64,000 nt of DNA from Felis catus (Eukaryota): the NCBI RefSeq assembly GCF_018350175.1, contig NC_058382.1:49416001-49480000 (forward strand). Reading direction: 5' to 3'. Positions 35,973 through 49,269 of this stretch are shown here, piece by piece. The stretch's first letter is position 1. Each line of letters starts with the position of its first letter. The notes under the pieces were generated by a model. The model worked only from the letters and a program-made list of their open reading frames with translations, searched no databases and was not told the DNA's origin. The position numbers and the translations under genes were made by a program.

Positions 35973-36613
35973 CCCTTTGCTTGTTTGTTTTGTTTCTTTT
36001 TAAAAAAAATTTTGGTGGCACCTGGGTGGCTCAGTCGGTTGAGCGTCCGACTTCGGCTCAGGTCACGATCTTGCGGTCTGTGAGTTCGAGCCCCGCGTCA
36101 GGCTCTGGGCTGATGGCCCAGAGCCTGGAGCCTGTTTCCGATTCTGTGTCTCCCTCTCTCTCTGCCCCTCCCCCGTTCATGCTCTGTCTCTCTCTGTCTC
36201 AAAAATAAAATTTAAAAATGTTCAAAAAAAAAAATTAAAAAAAAATTTTTTTTTCTTAACGTTTATTATTGAGAGACAGAGAGAGACAAAGCATGAGCAT
36301 GGGAGGGGCAGAGAGAGGAGGAGACACAGAATCCGGAACAGGCTCCAGGCTCCGAGCTGTCAGCACAGAGCCCAACGTGGGGCTCGAACCCACAGGCCGC
36401 GAGATCATGACCTGAACCGAACTCAGACGCTCAACCTACTGAGCCACCCAGGCGCCCCTGTTTGTTCTGTTTCTTAAGTTACATATATGAGTGAATTTAC
36501 ATGGTATTTGTCTTTCTCTGACTTATTTCGTTTATCATTATGCTCTCTAGCTTCATTTGCGTCATTGCAAATGGCAAGATTTCATTCTTTTGTAAGGCTG
36601 AGTAATATTCCAT

Positions 36614-36665
<52 letters not shown>

Positions 36666-38115
36666 CGTACGTATATATATACACACGTATATTCCCCATC
36701 TTCTTTATCCATTCATCTATCTATCTATGGACACTGGGCTGCATTCATAGTTTGGCTATTGTAAATAATGCCGCAATAAACAAACACTTTTGAATTAGTG
36801 TTTTTGTACTTTTTTGATAAATACCCAGCAGTGCGATTACTGGGTTGTAGGGTAGTTCTATTTTTAACCTTTTTTTAAATTTTTATTTATTTATTTTTTA
36901 ATTTTTTTTTAACGTTTTATTTATTTTTGAGACAGAGACAGACACAGCATAAACGGGGGAGGGGCAGAGAGAGAGGGAGACACAGAATCGGAAGCAGGCT
37001 CCAGGCTCTGAGCCATCAGCCCAGAGCCCGACGCGGGGCTCGAACTCACGGACCACGAGATAGTGACCTGAGCTGAAGTCGGACGCTTAACCGACTGAGC
37101 CACCCAGGTGCCCCATTTTAACCTTTTTTAAAAAAAATTTTTGTTTTATTTAAGTAATCTGTACACCCCAAGTGGGGCTTTAACTCATGACCCTGAGATC
37201 GAGTCACATGTCCTTCTGACTGAGCCAGCCATGTGCCCCTCTTTGTGTGTGTTTTTATGCCAGTACCATACTGTTTTTATTACTACAGCTTTGTACCATA
37301 ACTTGAAAAGTCTGGAATTGTGATACCTCCAGTTTTGTTTTTCTTTTTCAAGATTGCTTTGGCTATTTGGGGTCTTTTATGGTTCCATACAGATTTTAGA
37401 ATTGTTCATTTTAGTTTTGTGGAAAATGCTGTTGGTATTTTGATAGGCATTGCATTAAATGTGTAGATCGCTTTGGTTAGTATAGACATTTTAACAATAT
37501 TTGTTCTTCCAACCTATGCGCCTGGAATGTCTTTCCTTTTCTTTGTGTTGTCTTGAATTTCTTTCATCAGTGTTTTATAGTTCTCAGAGTACAGGTCTTT
37601 CACTTCTTTGGTTAAGTTTATTTCTAGGTGTTTTATTGTTTTGGGCACAATTGCAAATGTTAATTGTTTTCTTAATGTCACTTCCTGCTGCTTCATTACT
37701 AGTGTATAGAAATACAACAGATTTCTGTACATTGATTTTGTATCTTGCTACTCCACTGAAGTCAGTTATCAGTTCTAATAGTTTTTTTCTGGTGGAGTCT
37801 TTAGGGTTATGCCATCTGCAAATAGTGGAGGTTTTAATTTTTCTTTACCAGTTTGGATGCCTTTTATTTCTTTTTATTGTCTAATTGCTGTGAGCAGAAC
37901 CTTCTAGTACTTGGTTGAATAAAAGTGGTGAGAGTGGACATCCTTGTCTTTTTCCAGACCTTAGGGGAAAAGCTCTCAGTTTTTTCCCATTGAGTATGAT
38001 GTCAACTGTGGGTTTGTCATATATGGCCTTTGTTATGTTGAGGTATGTTCCCTCTAGACCTATGTTGAGGGTTTTTATCATGAATGGAAGCTGTATGTTG
38101 TCAAATGCTTTTTCT
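35710..38115 (-). mobile_element. Carnivore L1 (3' UTR and ORF2 RT fragments) with nested SINEs: plus 36015-36245, minus 36250-36458, 36875-37114 and 37135-37238, plus (TG)n at 36615-36662
   Basis: ORF 37881-38081 gives [41 protein letters not shown], part of the L1 reverse transcriptase. The L1_Carn 3' end is at about 35715. Confidence 0.9.
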
Positions 38116-38135
38116 GGGAGGTGATAATCACTTTT

Positions 38136-38352
38136 TTTTTGTTGTTGTTGTTGTTTATTTTATTTTTGGGACAGAGAGACACAGAGCATGAACGGGGGAG
38201 GGGCAGAGAGAGAGGGAGACACAGAATCGGAAACAGGCTCCAGGCTCTGAGCCGTCAGCCCAGAGCCCGACGCGGGGCTCGAACTCACGGACCGCGAGAT
38301 CGTGACCTGGCTGAAGTCGGACGCTTAACCGACTGCGCCACCCAGGCGCCCC
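38136..38352 (-). mobile_element. Very young felid SINE
   Basis: CpGs intact. Perfect 14-bp TSD TGATAATCACTTTT (38122-38135 and 38353-38366). Confidence 0.95.
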
Positions 38353-38514
38353 TGATAATCACTTTTATAAAATAACAAGAATTATTTCCTTGCCTCCCTT
38401 TTCCTTGAGGGTCCCCAGGGTACATCTTGTCATAGGGTCTGACCCTTCCTTTTTTTGTCCATTCACTCATATTAGATGAACTCTAAAGTTTCAGTCCTAT
38501 GATTGAAAAATGGA

Positions 38515-38732
38515 GGGGCGCCTGTGTGGCTCAGTCGGTTAAACGTCCAACTTCAGCTCAGGTCACGATCTCGCGGTCCATGAGTGCGAGCCCCGCGTCG
38601 GGCTCTGGGCTGACGGCTCAGAGCCTGGAGCCTGTTTCCAATTCTGTGTCTCCCTCTCTCTGCCCCTCCCCCGTTCATGCTCTGTCTCTGTCTCAAAAAT
38701 AAATAAAACGTTAAAAAAAACTAAAAAAAAAA
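38515..38732 (+). mobile_element. Young felid SINE
   Basis: TSD GAAAAATGGA (38505-38514 and 38733-38742). Confidence 0.95.
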
Positions 38733-38899
38733 GAAAAATGGAAGTCACAGGGGTTTATATTCTGTCAATTTGGTATATTTCAGGAAATCAGGTAGTGGTG
38801 TGGCTCTGAATAGGAGCTCTGGTCTCTTGGAACCTTTTTTAAAAATCTACTTTAGACATTCAAAAGAGGTAATGTATTTACCTATCAAACAGATTTATG

Positions 38900-41800
38900 A
38901 ATAAACTATTACAGATGTAATTGCATAAATCCACCCAGTTCCCATATTTTTCCTTCCCTCCCCAAAGGTAATAACTGCCTGGCTCTCCTGTTTATCATCC
39001 TTTATATGTTCATAGTTTTATTGCATGTTTCTGTCTAAAACAATATTCATTTAATTCATATAAACTTTATCATAATGCCTCTATCCTCTCATATCCCTCT
39101 GTATATCCCAAATGGATTTGAGATCTGTAAATCCATTGTGCTACTTATTGTTCGTGTTGACACATTCATTTTCACTGTTGCACTCTGTTGTGTGAGTGTG
39201 TCACAAATATCACCATTTATTGGCGCCTGGGAGGTTCAGTCGGTTAAGCGTCTGACTTTTGATTTCAGCTCGGGTCATGATCTCACAGTTTGTGAGTTTG
39301 AACCCAACACAGAGTTGGGCTCTGTGCTGGCATCGCGGAGCCTGTCTGGGATTCTTTCTGTCTTTTTGCCCCTCCCCTGCTAGAGCTCTTTGGTTTGTGC
39401 TTGCTGTCTCTCTCTCACACTAAATAAATAAATAAATAAATAAGTAAATAAACAAACAAACATTAAAAAATTTTTTTAATATCACCATTTATTGATCCAT
39501 TCCCTTATAATGGGTATTGAAGTTATTTTCAGTTGCTTTGAGAATTTTTTGTTTCTTTACATACCCGAGTGAGAGGTTTTTTTAGGGTACATCCTTAGTT
39601 GTGAAATAGCTGTATCATAGAGTGTATGTATTTTCAGCTTAAATGAGATATTGCCCAGTGGCTCTCCAATATACTTGTACCGATTTACATTCCCAAAATA
39701 GCATATTTTTACTCCCTCTATGTCCTTGCCAAAACGTGATATCGTCATACTTTAATTTTTGGCAAGCTCTGGTGGGTATGAAATGGCATATCACTCTGAT
39801 TTTGTTATATATTTGATAATATGTATTCATATACAACTAATACATCAGTATTAGTTAATCAAAATGTTTCCTCGTCTATGAAACGCTTGTTCATGTCTCT
39901 TGATGTTTATGTTGGATGGTTTATCCTTTTCTTACTAGTTTGTATGAATTTGTGTTTTTGTTTTGTTCCCAGACAATAATTATTTGTTGTCGTATGTAAT
40001 GCAGATTATTTCTCCCAGTTTGTGGCTTATCTCTCTCTCTTTTTAATGTTTGTTTATTTTGAGAGAGAGTGAGTGGGGGAGGGGCAGAGGGAGAGAGGGA
40101 ATCCTAGGCAGGAGTGCGCCACCAGCACAGAGCTTAACAGGGGCCCCAATGCCACCATCGTGACCTGAGTCGAAATCGAGAGTTGGACACTCAACCGACT
40201 GAGCCACCCAGGTGCCCCTGTGGCTTATCTCTTTATTCTTTTGTGATTTGTTATAGTTAACTTAATTGTGTAATTGAATATTCCAGTGTTTTTCCTTATG
40301 CCATATGTGTTTTCTGTCTTAAGAAAGACTTGCTTATCACTTTCTTACACTTCTTTCTAAAAGCTTTTAAATTTTGCCTTTCATATTTAAGTCTTTAATC
40401 CCGGAGAGTTAAATTGTTTGGATGGGGTAGGATAAGGGTATATTTTCTTTTCCATAGGAATACTAGCTCTCCTAGCAGCAAGTGAAGAACGACAAAGTCC
40501 TTTACCACTGATTTGCAAAGCCACCTCTGTCATATATCAAGTTTCCTTCCTGGCCTGTATTTGTTCCTGGGCTTCTTGTTCTGTACCATTGGTCAATTTG
40601 TCTATCCTTGTGCTAACACTTTCTTAATTACCGTGGCTTTATCTTGCTGTGTGGAAGGGCAAATCCTTTCATCTTGTTATTCTTTTTCAAAGCTGTGCTG
40701 TCTAAGTGAAGCTTTCTAGGGGACAGATAAGGGAATCAGGATAGAATAAGCAAAATGAAATACAGAGTCCTAGGGCTGCTCTGTTTATAACTGGTATTCT
40801 TCATGACAGGACATCTGGCCAAGTGACCCTAATGGGCAGTTTAAAATTTTTTCCCTTACTGTGTTGCACAAACAGTAACATTTCCCTATGTCTTTGTATT
40901 GCAAACAGCAGAATAAACAGTTCTTTCTGTATGTTATAGACAACAACAATAAAAACAACAAAAACCAGTTAGCTATTTTTGGCACTTTCTGCTCCTAGAA
41001 TCAGCTTTGTCACCTTCTATGGGAGAAAAACTGTTAGGGTGTTTATTGGAATTACATTGAGTTTATAAAATGCCATCTTTATAAAATTGAGTCTGCCTGT
41101 GACTCTGATGGGATTGAATTTACAGATATAATAGAATTTTAAAATATTTAAAAAAAATTTTTTTTAATGTTTATTTTGAGAGAGAGAGCATGTGAGCAGG
41201 GGAGGAGCACAGAGACAGGGAGAGAGAGAATCCCAAGCGGGTTTTGCACTGCCAGCACAGAGCGCATTGTGGGGCTCGAACCCACAAACCATGAGAACAT
41301 GACCTGAGCCAAAATCAAGAGTTGGCCACTCAACGGATTGAGCCACCACGGCACCCCAAATTTTAAAATATTTTTAAAGCTTTGAAATGATTTCAGATTT
41401 GCAGAAAAATTGCAGAGTTTGTACAAATCAATATTGCATTTCCATCACCCAGAATCCTCAGATGTTACTAGGAAGACCTAAATAAAACCGCATGATCTAA
41501 AAGTGACTCAGTGTCTGAAGGGGTGGCTAGGTCTAATGCTGAGGTGTGTTTTCGTCAGAACCCAAGCAGATCCAGTTCCAACCTTTGCTCCTGAACTTTT
41601 TGCTGTGATCCCACCTGTTGAGATAGGGGCTTCTTTCAGGTCAAATCTGCCTCAGCATGACATGAGACTCTCTCGTGGAGGCTTAACTCAGCTAAGCCAG
41701 AAGTGCCTTCGTGGGAAGAGTGGGATCCCCCTTTTGGGAGAGGCCCTGTGGGGTAGTGGTTAAGGTTGCAGGCTTGGAGCCAGACTGCCTTAGAGTTGAA

Positions 41801-43761
41801 TCTCAGTGTAGCTGATTTTTAGTTTTGGAATCAGGCAAGTGATTTACCCTGTGCCTTAATTTCTAAAGTGAGACTGATAATAATTGTATCTATCATATGG
41901 GACCATTTTATGAATTAAACTAGTATATAGGCATAGCCATACCATTCAGAACAGTGCCCAGCAGATAGTAAGTGATCAGTAAATATAACCTAAGATTATT
42001 GCTTAATGTCTTTGGATAAAACTTTATAGTTTTTTAAAGGTCTTGAATCCCTTTTGTTAGATTTATCACTAGATACCTTGTTTTTGGGTTATTACTGTAA
42101 ATAGCTTTAAATTTTTTAAATCATTTCAGATTTCTTGTATATTCAGCAAATTTTCTGAACTCATAGAGAGAGAGAATGAGTATAATAGTTATAATGGAAA
42201 ACATCTACAGAGAAAAGCTGAGAATCACATCTACAAATAATGACTACTTAGTTTCTTCTTTTCTAATCCTTTTGTGTGTCACTTCTCTTTCATTCAAGAT
42301 TGCTGTCTAGTTCCTCCAGTAAAAAGTTTATTTGAATCTGTAATCATGGGCATCCTTGTTTTCCTCCTATTAAAGGGAGTGCTCCTTGCATTGGAACCAT
42401 TGTGTTTGTTTTTGATAAATTTCCTTCATTCCCTTCTATTCTTAATTTGTTAAACTAAGTATCACAGGTGGCTGTTCTATCAGATTTTTCCCTTACATTC
42501 AGTCAGATGGCCTTTCTCCTTTCATTTGTTAATGATTACGTTAATAGGCTTTATAATGTTTTACACTTATTTATTTTTGACAAACAGAGTGAGACAAAGC
42601 GTGACCGGGGGAGGGGCAGAGAGAGAAAAAGACACAGAATCTGAAGCAGGATCCAGGCTCTGAGCAAGAGGTCAGCACAGAGCCTGATGTGGGGCTCTAA
42701 CCCACAAACTGTGAGAGCATGACCTGAGTGGAAGTCAGATGCTCAACCGACTGAGCCACCCAGGTGCCCCGACTTTATAATGTTTAACATATCCTTTTTT
42801 ATTTTTATTTTTTAGATTTTTTAATGTTTAACTTGTATTATTTTTTTAATGTTAATTTATTTTTGACAGAGGGAGCATGAGCGGGGGAAGGGCAGAGAGG
42901 GAGACAGAGTATCTGAAGCAGGCTCTGTGCAGACAGCAGAGAGCCTCCTGAGCCATAAGATCATGACCTGAGCTGAAGTCAGACACTTAACTGACTGAGC
43001 CACCAAGGCACCCACCCTTATATTCTTGAAGCAAACCATCCCATATACATTGCTAGATTTAATACATCCATATTCTACTTGGGATTCCTGTATATATGTG
43101 ATGAAATTTCACTCAATTTTCTTTTCTTCTCTTGCTATTAAGATTAATGTAGACTTTTAAAAGGAGTTAGGAATATGTATATGTTTATTCTTTTCTAAAA
43201 GAGTTTTATAAAAGCCTATTACAGATCTGACTGCAAACAGATGGTGCACTCAGAGAGGTAATTGAATCAAATTTAATTGAAGAGAGGGTCTACAAAGGTG
43301 TGGGCAGGATTGAAGGAATGAACAGTGGATGGGTGAAGCACCTGGAGATTGGCCACAGTGGAAATCTGTTGCCCCTCCTAGATCTGAAGTACAAGGGGGA
43401 GGGAAGTGATTATAAAACCTGGTGAAAACTCTAGCCCAGGGAAAGATGTCCCACAGAACTGTGGGCTTACATAGAAGAATGAAACCATTGCCATACCATA
43501 GCAAGGTAAAGAGAGAGCCAGGGAATAAGCGCCCCAGCTTCTCTATCATCTTGTCCTCATCTTCTGCTGGTGCTTCCCATTGACAGAACCCAATAGAAGT
43601 TGAGGAGGTGAGGGAATCTTGTGCAGACTTGTTAGCCTTGTAGAGAACAGAACAGAGAGGGAAATGGATCTGGAGGAAACAGAGACAAGGAAATATCTGT
43701 ACTATGAATGCTTGGTAGAACTTGTGTGTAAAATTCCCCTGTAAAACTGTCTGGGCCTAGG

Positions 43762-43812
<51 letters not shown>

Positions 43813-44800
43813 TTTATTTAATATGATTCAAGTTCTTTAGTATTATTGGTATGCTCAAGTTTTCTATTCTTGTGTCAGTGTTGATATGGTATATATTTCC
43901 AGGCAATCTCTGTGTCTATCTTTGTATTATGTCCCCCTTTCCTTTCCTAATATTATTTGCACATTTTATTCTTGATTAGTCTTGCCAGAGCTCTTCTTCC
44001 TTAGTTTATTTTCAAAGGACCAGTTTTTGATTACCCTCTGCCCCCCGCCCCCATTTCATTGCTTTCTGCTATTAACCATATTTTATCTTTCCTTCTACTT
44101 CCCCTTGGGTGTACACTGCATTTTTCTAACTTCTTGAGTTATTATCTGAGTTACATTTCTGTCTTCTGGAGGTAGGCTTTAAAGTTTTTTTCAGTCTCTT
44201 AATTGTAAACTCTGTTTTGCTTGCCTAAAAGTGTTTTTATTTGTCATCACCGTTGAATGATAATTTGGCTTGATACAAAAATCTGGGTTGGCAGTTACTT
44301 ATTATCAGCAATAGGACGATGTTATTCTGTTTCATTATCTTCCAGCTTCTAATATTGCAATTGAGAAGGCTGCTTATCAACCCTTAATCCATTTTTTCTC
44401 TTAGCTGCTTTTTTTATCTTCTCTTTGTTCATGGTGTTCTGCAAATTTACTGCCGTGTTGGTTTATTTTTATTTATCCTGCTTTGCTGTTTGTCTTTGAA
44501 TCTGAGATTTCATTTCTTTCAAAGCATGTGTGAAATTCTCAGCCATTTATCCCTTCAAATTGTGCTTTTCTTTTATTTTCTTCCATCTTTCCTTTTGGAA
44601 ATCCTAGATGTCATATATTGGGCTTTCTTATTCTATCGACTTCATGTTTCTCAAACTCTTTTCATGTTTTCCAGTTTTTTAGCTCTGTATGCTGTGCTCT
44701 GGGTAATTTCTTACCTACACTTTCTAGCACACTAGTTCTTTGTTCACCTGCTTTTTAACCCATCGGTTGATTTTTGTATTTCATTGAACTACATTTGAAA
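38900..44800 (-). mobile_element. Highly decayed L1 (L1ME/MC-like) tract with nested SINEs (plus 39222-39477; minus 40040-40218, 41150-41358, 42555-42770, 42800-43013), a MIR at about 41745-42000 and (TG)n at 43764-43807
   Basis: T-rich antisense L1 motifs (gatttacattccca, ctggtgggtatgaaatggcatatc, gggcatccttgttttcctcct). SINE TSDs include AATATCACCATTTATT. Confidence 0.6.
43220..43700. mobile_element. MaLR (MLT1-like) LTR fragment
   Basis: aacagatggtgcactc...acaaaggtgtgggcagg...cccattgacagaacccaatagaag, typical of old MLT1 LTRs. Confidence 0.5.
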
Positions 44801-45230
44801 TTCCTTGGAATAAGTTGGTGGATTGTTTACTTATTGCCTTCAACTATATAAAAACAAATAAAAAAATGAATAAATCTCTTCACTTCGATGGTTCTGGTTT
44901 TCCTCCTTTGGAAAGTAAGTGGGGCTGGCTACTTGCTTTCTGTTCTTGTCTCAAAAATTCCATTGAGCCTTATCACTGACATTATTCTCTTGAGCAAGCA
45001 GGCACTAAGAGCAGGGAGGCAGGAAGCTGGAAGCCCATCTTCATTGAGTCATGTAGGGAACCCTTTTAGCACAGTACCTCTTCGGGGTTGGTGGGGGGCT
45101 GCCTCACAACTGTGACAAGGATCTATGTCTGTGGCCACAGAAGCCTTAATTCTTCCTCTGTACTCTGGATACACTTTTAGAGCTTTCTGTTTTCTCATGC
45201 GGCTGAATTTATTCTCTTTCTTCTTCTAGA

Positions 45231-45430
45231 CAGCACTGTCCAATAGAGTAGCCACAGGCCACAGGTGGCTACTTAAGTTATAATTAATTAAATTTAAAAT
45301 TAGTTTCTGAATCACACTAGCCACATTTCAAGTATTCGCTAGCCACAAATTGCTAGTGACTGCTATAATTGGACAGCACAGATGTAGAACATTTCCTTCA
45401 TTGCAGAGAGCTCTCTTGGGCAGTACTCTT
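45231..45430. mobile_element. MER3-like hAT MITE
   Basis: Starts CAGCACTGTCCAATAG, has internal tagccacatttcaagt and a degenerate inverted end. Confidence 0.75.
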
Positions 45431-47402
45431 TGGAACTCTTCCACAGTATTCTTAATAGTAGATAGAGGATTGGTAAACATGAAGTTTCAGAAAATGGATC
45501 AAATGAACCTGTTGATACCCAGAATCTTTTTAGAGTTACTACTCTTCTGCACCATCTAGGAGTAGGAAGAATTCAGAGAGGACATTACATTCACAGAACG
45601 ATTCATAGGATGAAAGGGGGGGACTGAAGCCTACTTGTCTGACCTATAACTTGGTGCCATGGGAAGAGGGGAAGTCAGGTTTAGTGGAAAGGTAAATGAA
45701 CCCCTGATGTTTAATAAACTTTGGGAAATGTGGAGAAAAATTACTGCACGGGGATACGGATTTTATGTAGTTGTGATTAGAGTGAGAATAGGGAGGATGG
45801 GTTTGTGAGGTAACTGGAGAAAACCAGCCCAAGTTCTTATTACTTGAAATTTGACTCAGGTTGGAAATTCCTTGTAATGAAGTCATCTTTTTCCACCCCC
45901 TTAATCTGTCATCTCATTCTCTTTTGAGTTGCTATAGAACAGTTCAAGATTCTCAAGAAAAGAGATACTTTCTTCCTCCCCCCAACCACATACACACAAA
46001 CACCCACACTTTCTTCAAATATAGCAGTGTTTCACAGTGACTGGACTCCAGATACACCAAGAATAAGAGCAATGTAGGTCACACCAGTGCTGGGCCCAGC
46101 AGGCTATGCAGAGAGGGAAAAGCCACTGACCCCAACTTTGTTCATTGAGCATGGCAGACAGTGCTAAAACTTAACCTCCCTCCCTCTTTATTAGGGAACT
46201 CTGTGTGAACTCAGTCCTCCTCAACCCCGTGTTCTGGGTTCCCAGTCCATATTAACCGGCTGGAGTTGGCAGGTGGCACTAACCCTGTTCACTGCCCTTG
46301 ACAGGGGATTGGGGCTTGGAGTTGGCTGTTAAGAGAAGGGACATTGTTCTTGTTGATTTCAGAGTGTAGTACCTATTTTAAGCCAAATGGAGTAGTTCAG
46401 AAAGTTTAAAATAAAAATTTTTTAAAAAGGTCTATATTGAGTATTTATGGTATCACATACAGAACGGGTACCAAAATAAAAGTTGTTCAGTGAAGATATA
46501 CATGTAATGGATGGTAATTTTAGGGGTGAAGGTAAAGGGAGTTCATAATGGAAAAGGGTTCAATACTTAGTTCATTCTGGTGATTTTTGTAGGGTTGGCA
46601 AAGGCAGCTTGGAGTCAGCTTTCTGGAAGAAATTAATAGGAAAGAAAAGGAGAACTTGTACCATGACTGGGAGTGACTTAGGAGGAATTCAAGGCTGCAT
46701 TTGTAAAAAGAGGAGGGAGTTCTAAAAGAAAAAAGTGCCCTTGAGCAGGTGAAGGAGTAGGGAAGGATGAACTAATAGGTGTTCTGCAGATAACAGAAAG
46801 GGTAACAGACATTTGTAATTTCTAAATCCGTGGGTTTTTTGTTTTTAAGCAAATCTGGAAGCATGAGTTCTTCCTGTTCCCCCCGACCCCCATCCCTGAG
46901 ATCATCAGAATAGTGATTGTAAAGATTTCAAACATTAACGTAGAAAGCAGAAATCTCACAGGATTCCTTCGGTATGTGTTACAGATTTTTGCCCCTGTGG
47001 ATGAATGAATGGATATGTAAAAACAGTAGAAACCAGGTTAGCGGTTCACAACTTGCGTTTTCTATTTCATGTCTTCTTCATCGTTCTGTGTGCATATGTG
47101 GATTTTGTTTTGTTTTGTTTTTGTTTCTGTTGTCATTTCCGGAAACTTGTATCTGAAAGTGGAACCTATTCACGGCAAATCCCTCCCCTTGTCCCCTAGT
47201 CATAGTGCCTGTTTGGGTGAAATCACGATAAAACTGTGAAGTTTGCCGGAAAACTCTCTCACCCCCTTACTTCTTTGCTAGAGACCATATCTACTCTTTG
47301 GTCAAAACTTCTCTGTAAGTTGTTGTGAAGAATACCGCAAGGAGAGATCGTGAAGCCCCTCCTCTCTCATTCCTCTCATAGAGCAATTAAATTATAAGCT
47401 AG

Positions 47403-47615
47403 AGGAGCACCTGGGTGGTTCAGTTGGGTAAGCATATGACTTAGCCCAGGTCGTGATCTCGCAGTTTATGAGTTTGAGCCCTGCGTTGGGCTCTGTGCTG
47501 ACAGCTCAGAGCCTGGAGCCTGCTTTAGATTCTGTGTCTGACTCACTCACTCTCTCTCTCTCTCTGTCTCTTTCTCTCAAATATAAATAAACATAAAAAA
47601 ATTTATTAAAAAAAA
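47403..47615 (+). mobile_element. CanSINE
   Basis: TSD AAATTATAAGCTAGA on both sides. Confidence 0.9.
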
Positions 47616-49269
47616 TTATAAGCTAGAAAGAGCTCAGAGCTCAGTCCCAGCTACAGAGGATGTTTGGTCAATAAATCACCCCAGGCTCCTAGAATTCCTA
47701 GGAGCCCATGTTCTCTCCCTGCCTTCGATTCTGAAGCGCTCTGAGTGTGTCTCGCTTGTTCCAGAGTTTGCTGCTTCTTTCCCATTTTTCTTCCTGATGA
47801 GATGATTGCTTCTGCCAGTAGCTACACTTAGAGCCTAAGAAATTTTTCTCTTGGATCTCTGATCCCAGCTACTCTGAAAGAAAACCCTGGGCGGGGACTG
47901 GGGGTGGAGACATTTCAAGCCAGGCCTGAAAGATGTAAGAGGCAGCTAACCATGGATGGCTCTGCACTCAGCCATTGCTTTTGCTTCCTTGTGGCATCGA
48001 AAACAGAAACCGTCAAAGAGGCGGTGTGCCAGTGGGGGTCTGCCTCAATCTCCTGGGACTTAGCGACTGTCTGTCTGGGATTCTATCCCATGGAGGGGTG
48101 TCACGTGGGCTTGATTCCCACAGCTCCACGGTCTAAATAGCTGTCAGATGACAGGCCAGGGTCTATTTCTCCTCCTTCCTCCAGTGACCTGTGATGTAAT
48201 AAACAGTAACCGAGCATCTTATTTGAACTGGAAAAGAAGTCTGGTCTGTTCCTAAATGGATACGTGAGATATTTGTAAATAAGAAAAAGTACCCTTCTCA
48301 AGGTGTTTCACTAAAGATGTTGCTATTGCATGCGACTGTCTGAGGCCAGCTGCGTGCGCAGAAGGCAGAGGTGCTGGCACAGAACCTGGAAATTGAGTTT
48401 AGGGTGAAGTTGAACCCCTCAGCGGCAAGGTTTGATGTTTACAGAGTTCCCATGAGCTTACAGCCCTTTGGGATGGCACGTGTCTTTTCTCCCATGTCCC
48501 CAGAAAGGGGAGAAACAGGAGCAGAGTGGGAAAAGTACTTGGAAAAGTTCTGGAATGAGTTGAACCTCCACCAGCCTTACTACTTGAGTCTCTGAACTCT
48601 TCCCTACTGAGACTGTTGCTTTTATAACAGTCTGTTTTTGTTGGTTATTGCATCTTTTAAAAAGAAGAAACACGCATAATCTTAGCAATTAGTAATGATG
48701 TTACTGATAGTCGATATTTATTTGTTACTTACTCAGTGCCAGACTCAGTTGTGTTTCTCATATATTCTTTCAGTCTTTGTCCTGTGAGGTGGTTACTCTT
48801 ATCCCCATTTTACAGATTAACTGAGCCCCAGCGGTTAGGGAATTTGCCCAGCCCCACACAACTAGGGACTGATGTTGTTCTAATTAGTAGCATCTCGTAT
48901 TGTTACTGAATGCGTCAGTTTGGCCATCAAAAATTAAATGGTGGGGATCTTCAGCCCTGTGTCCTTCCTACTGCTTATGAGCCTACAGCATTCTTCGTAG
49001 TTTCGAAAAACGGTGGAGAACTAAAACACGTGTCTTACCATGTCAGCTGTAAGAGTTACCACTCGTGAGGATGTTTTTCTGCTCTTTATCATAGCATCAG
49101 TCCTCTCAGTGGTCTTTGACCGCAGCAGGACTTCTAGTCCTTCTTTCTCCCTGATCCTTATCCCCTCATGCTCTTACTTCCTTAAATAACTTTGATTCCA
49201 AGGGCAGCCGTTACAAACACTGCCTCATGCAATACACTCTCAGTCCCCTTCCCCTCTTTTGCTTTGTCA

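Noticed and set aside
35921..37103. Recurrent peptides such as MAQSVKRPTSAQVTISWSVSSSPASGSGL found many times in the ORF track
   Set aside because: These are translations of CanSINE bodies, not a gene family or repeat-protein system.
37501..38124. Reverse-transcriptase-like ORFs as an active retroelement or novel RT system
   Set aside because: Fragmented, frameshifted, 5'-truncated L1 ORF2.
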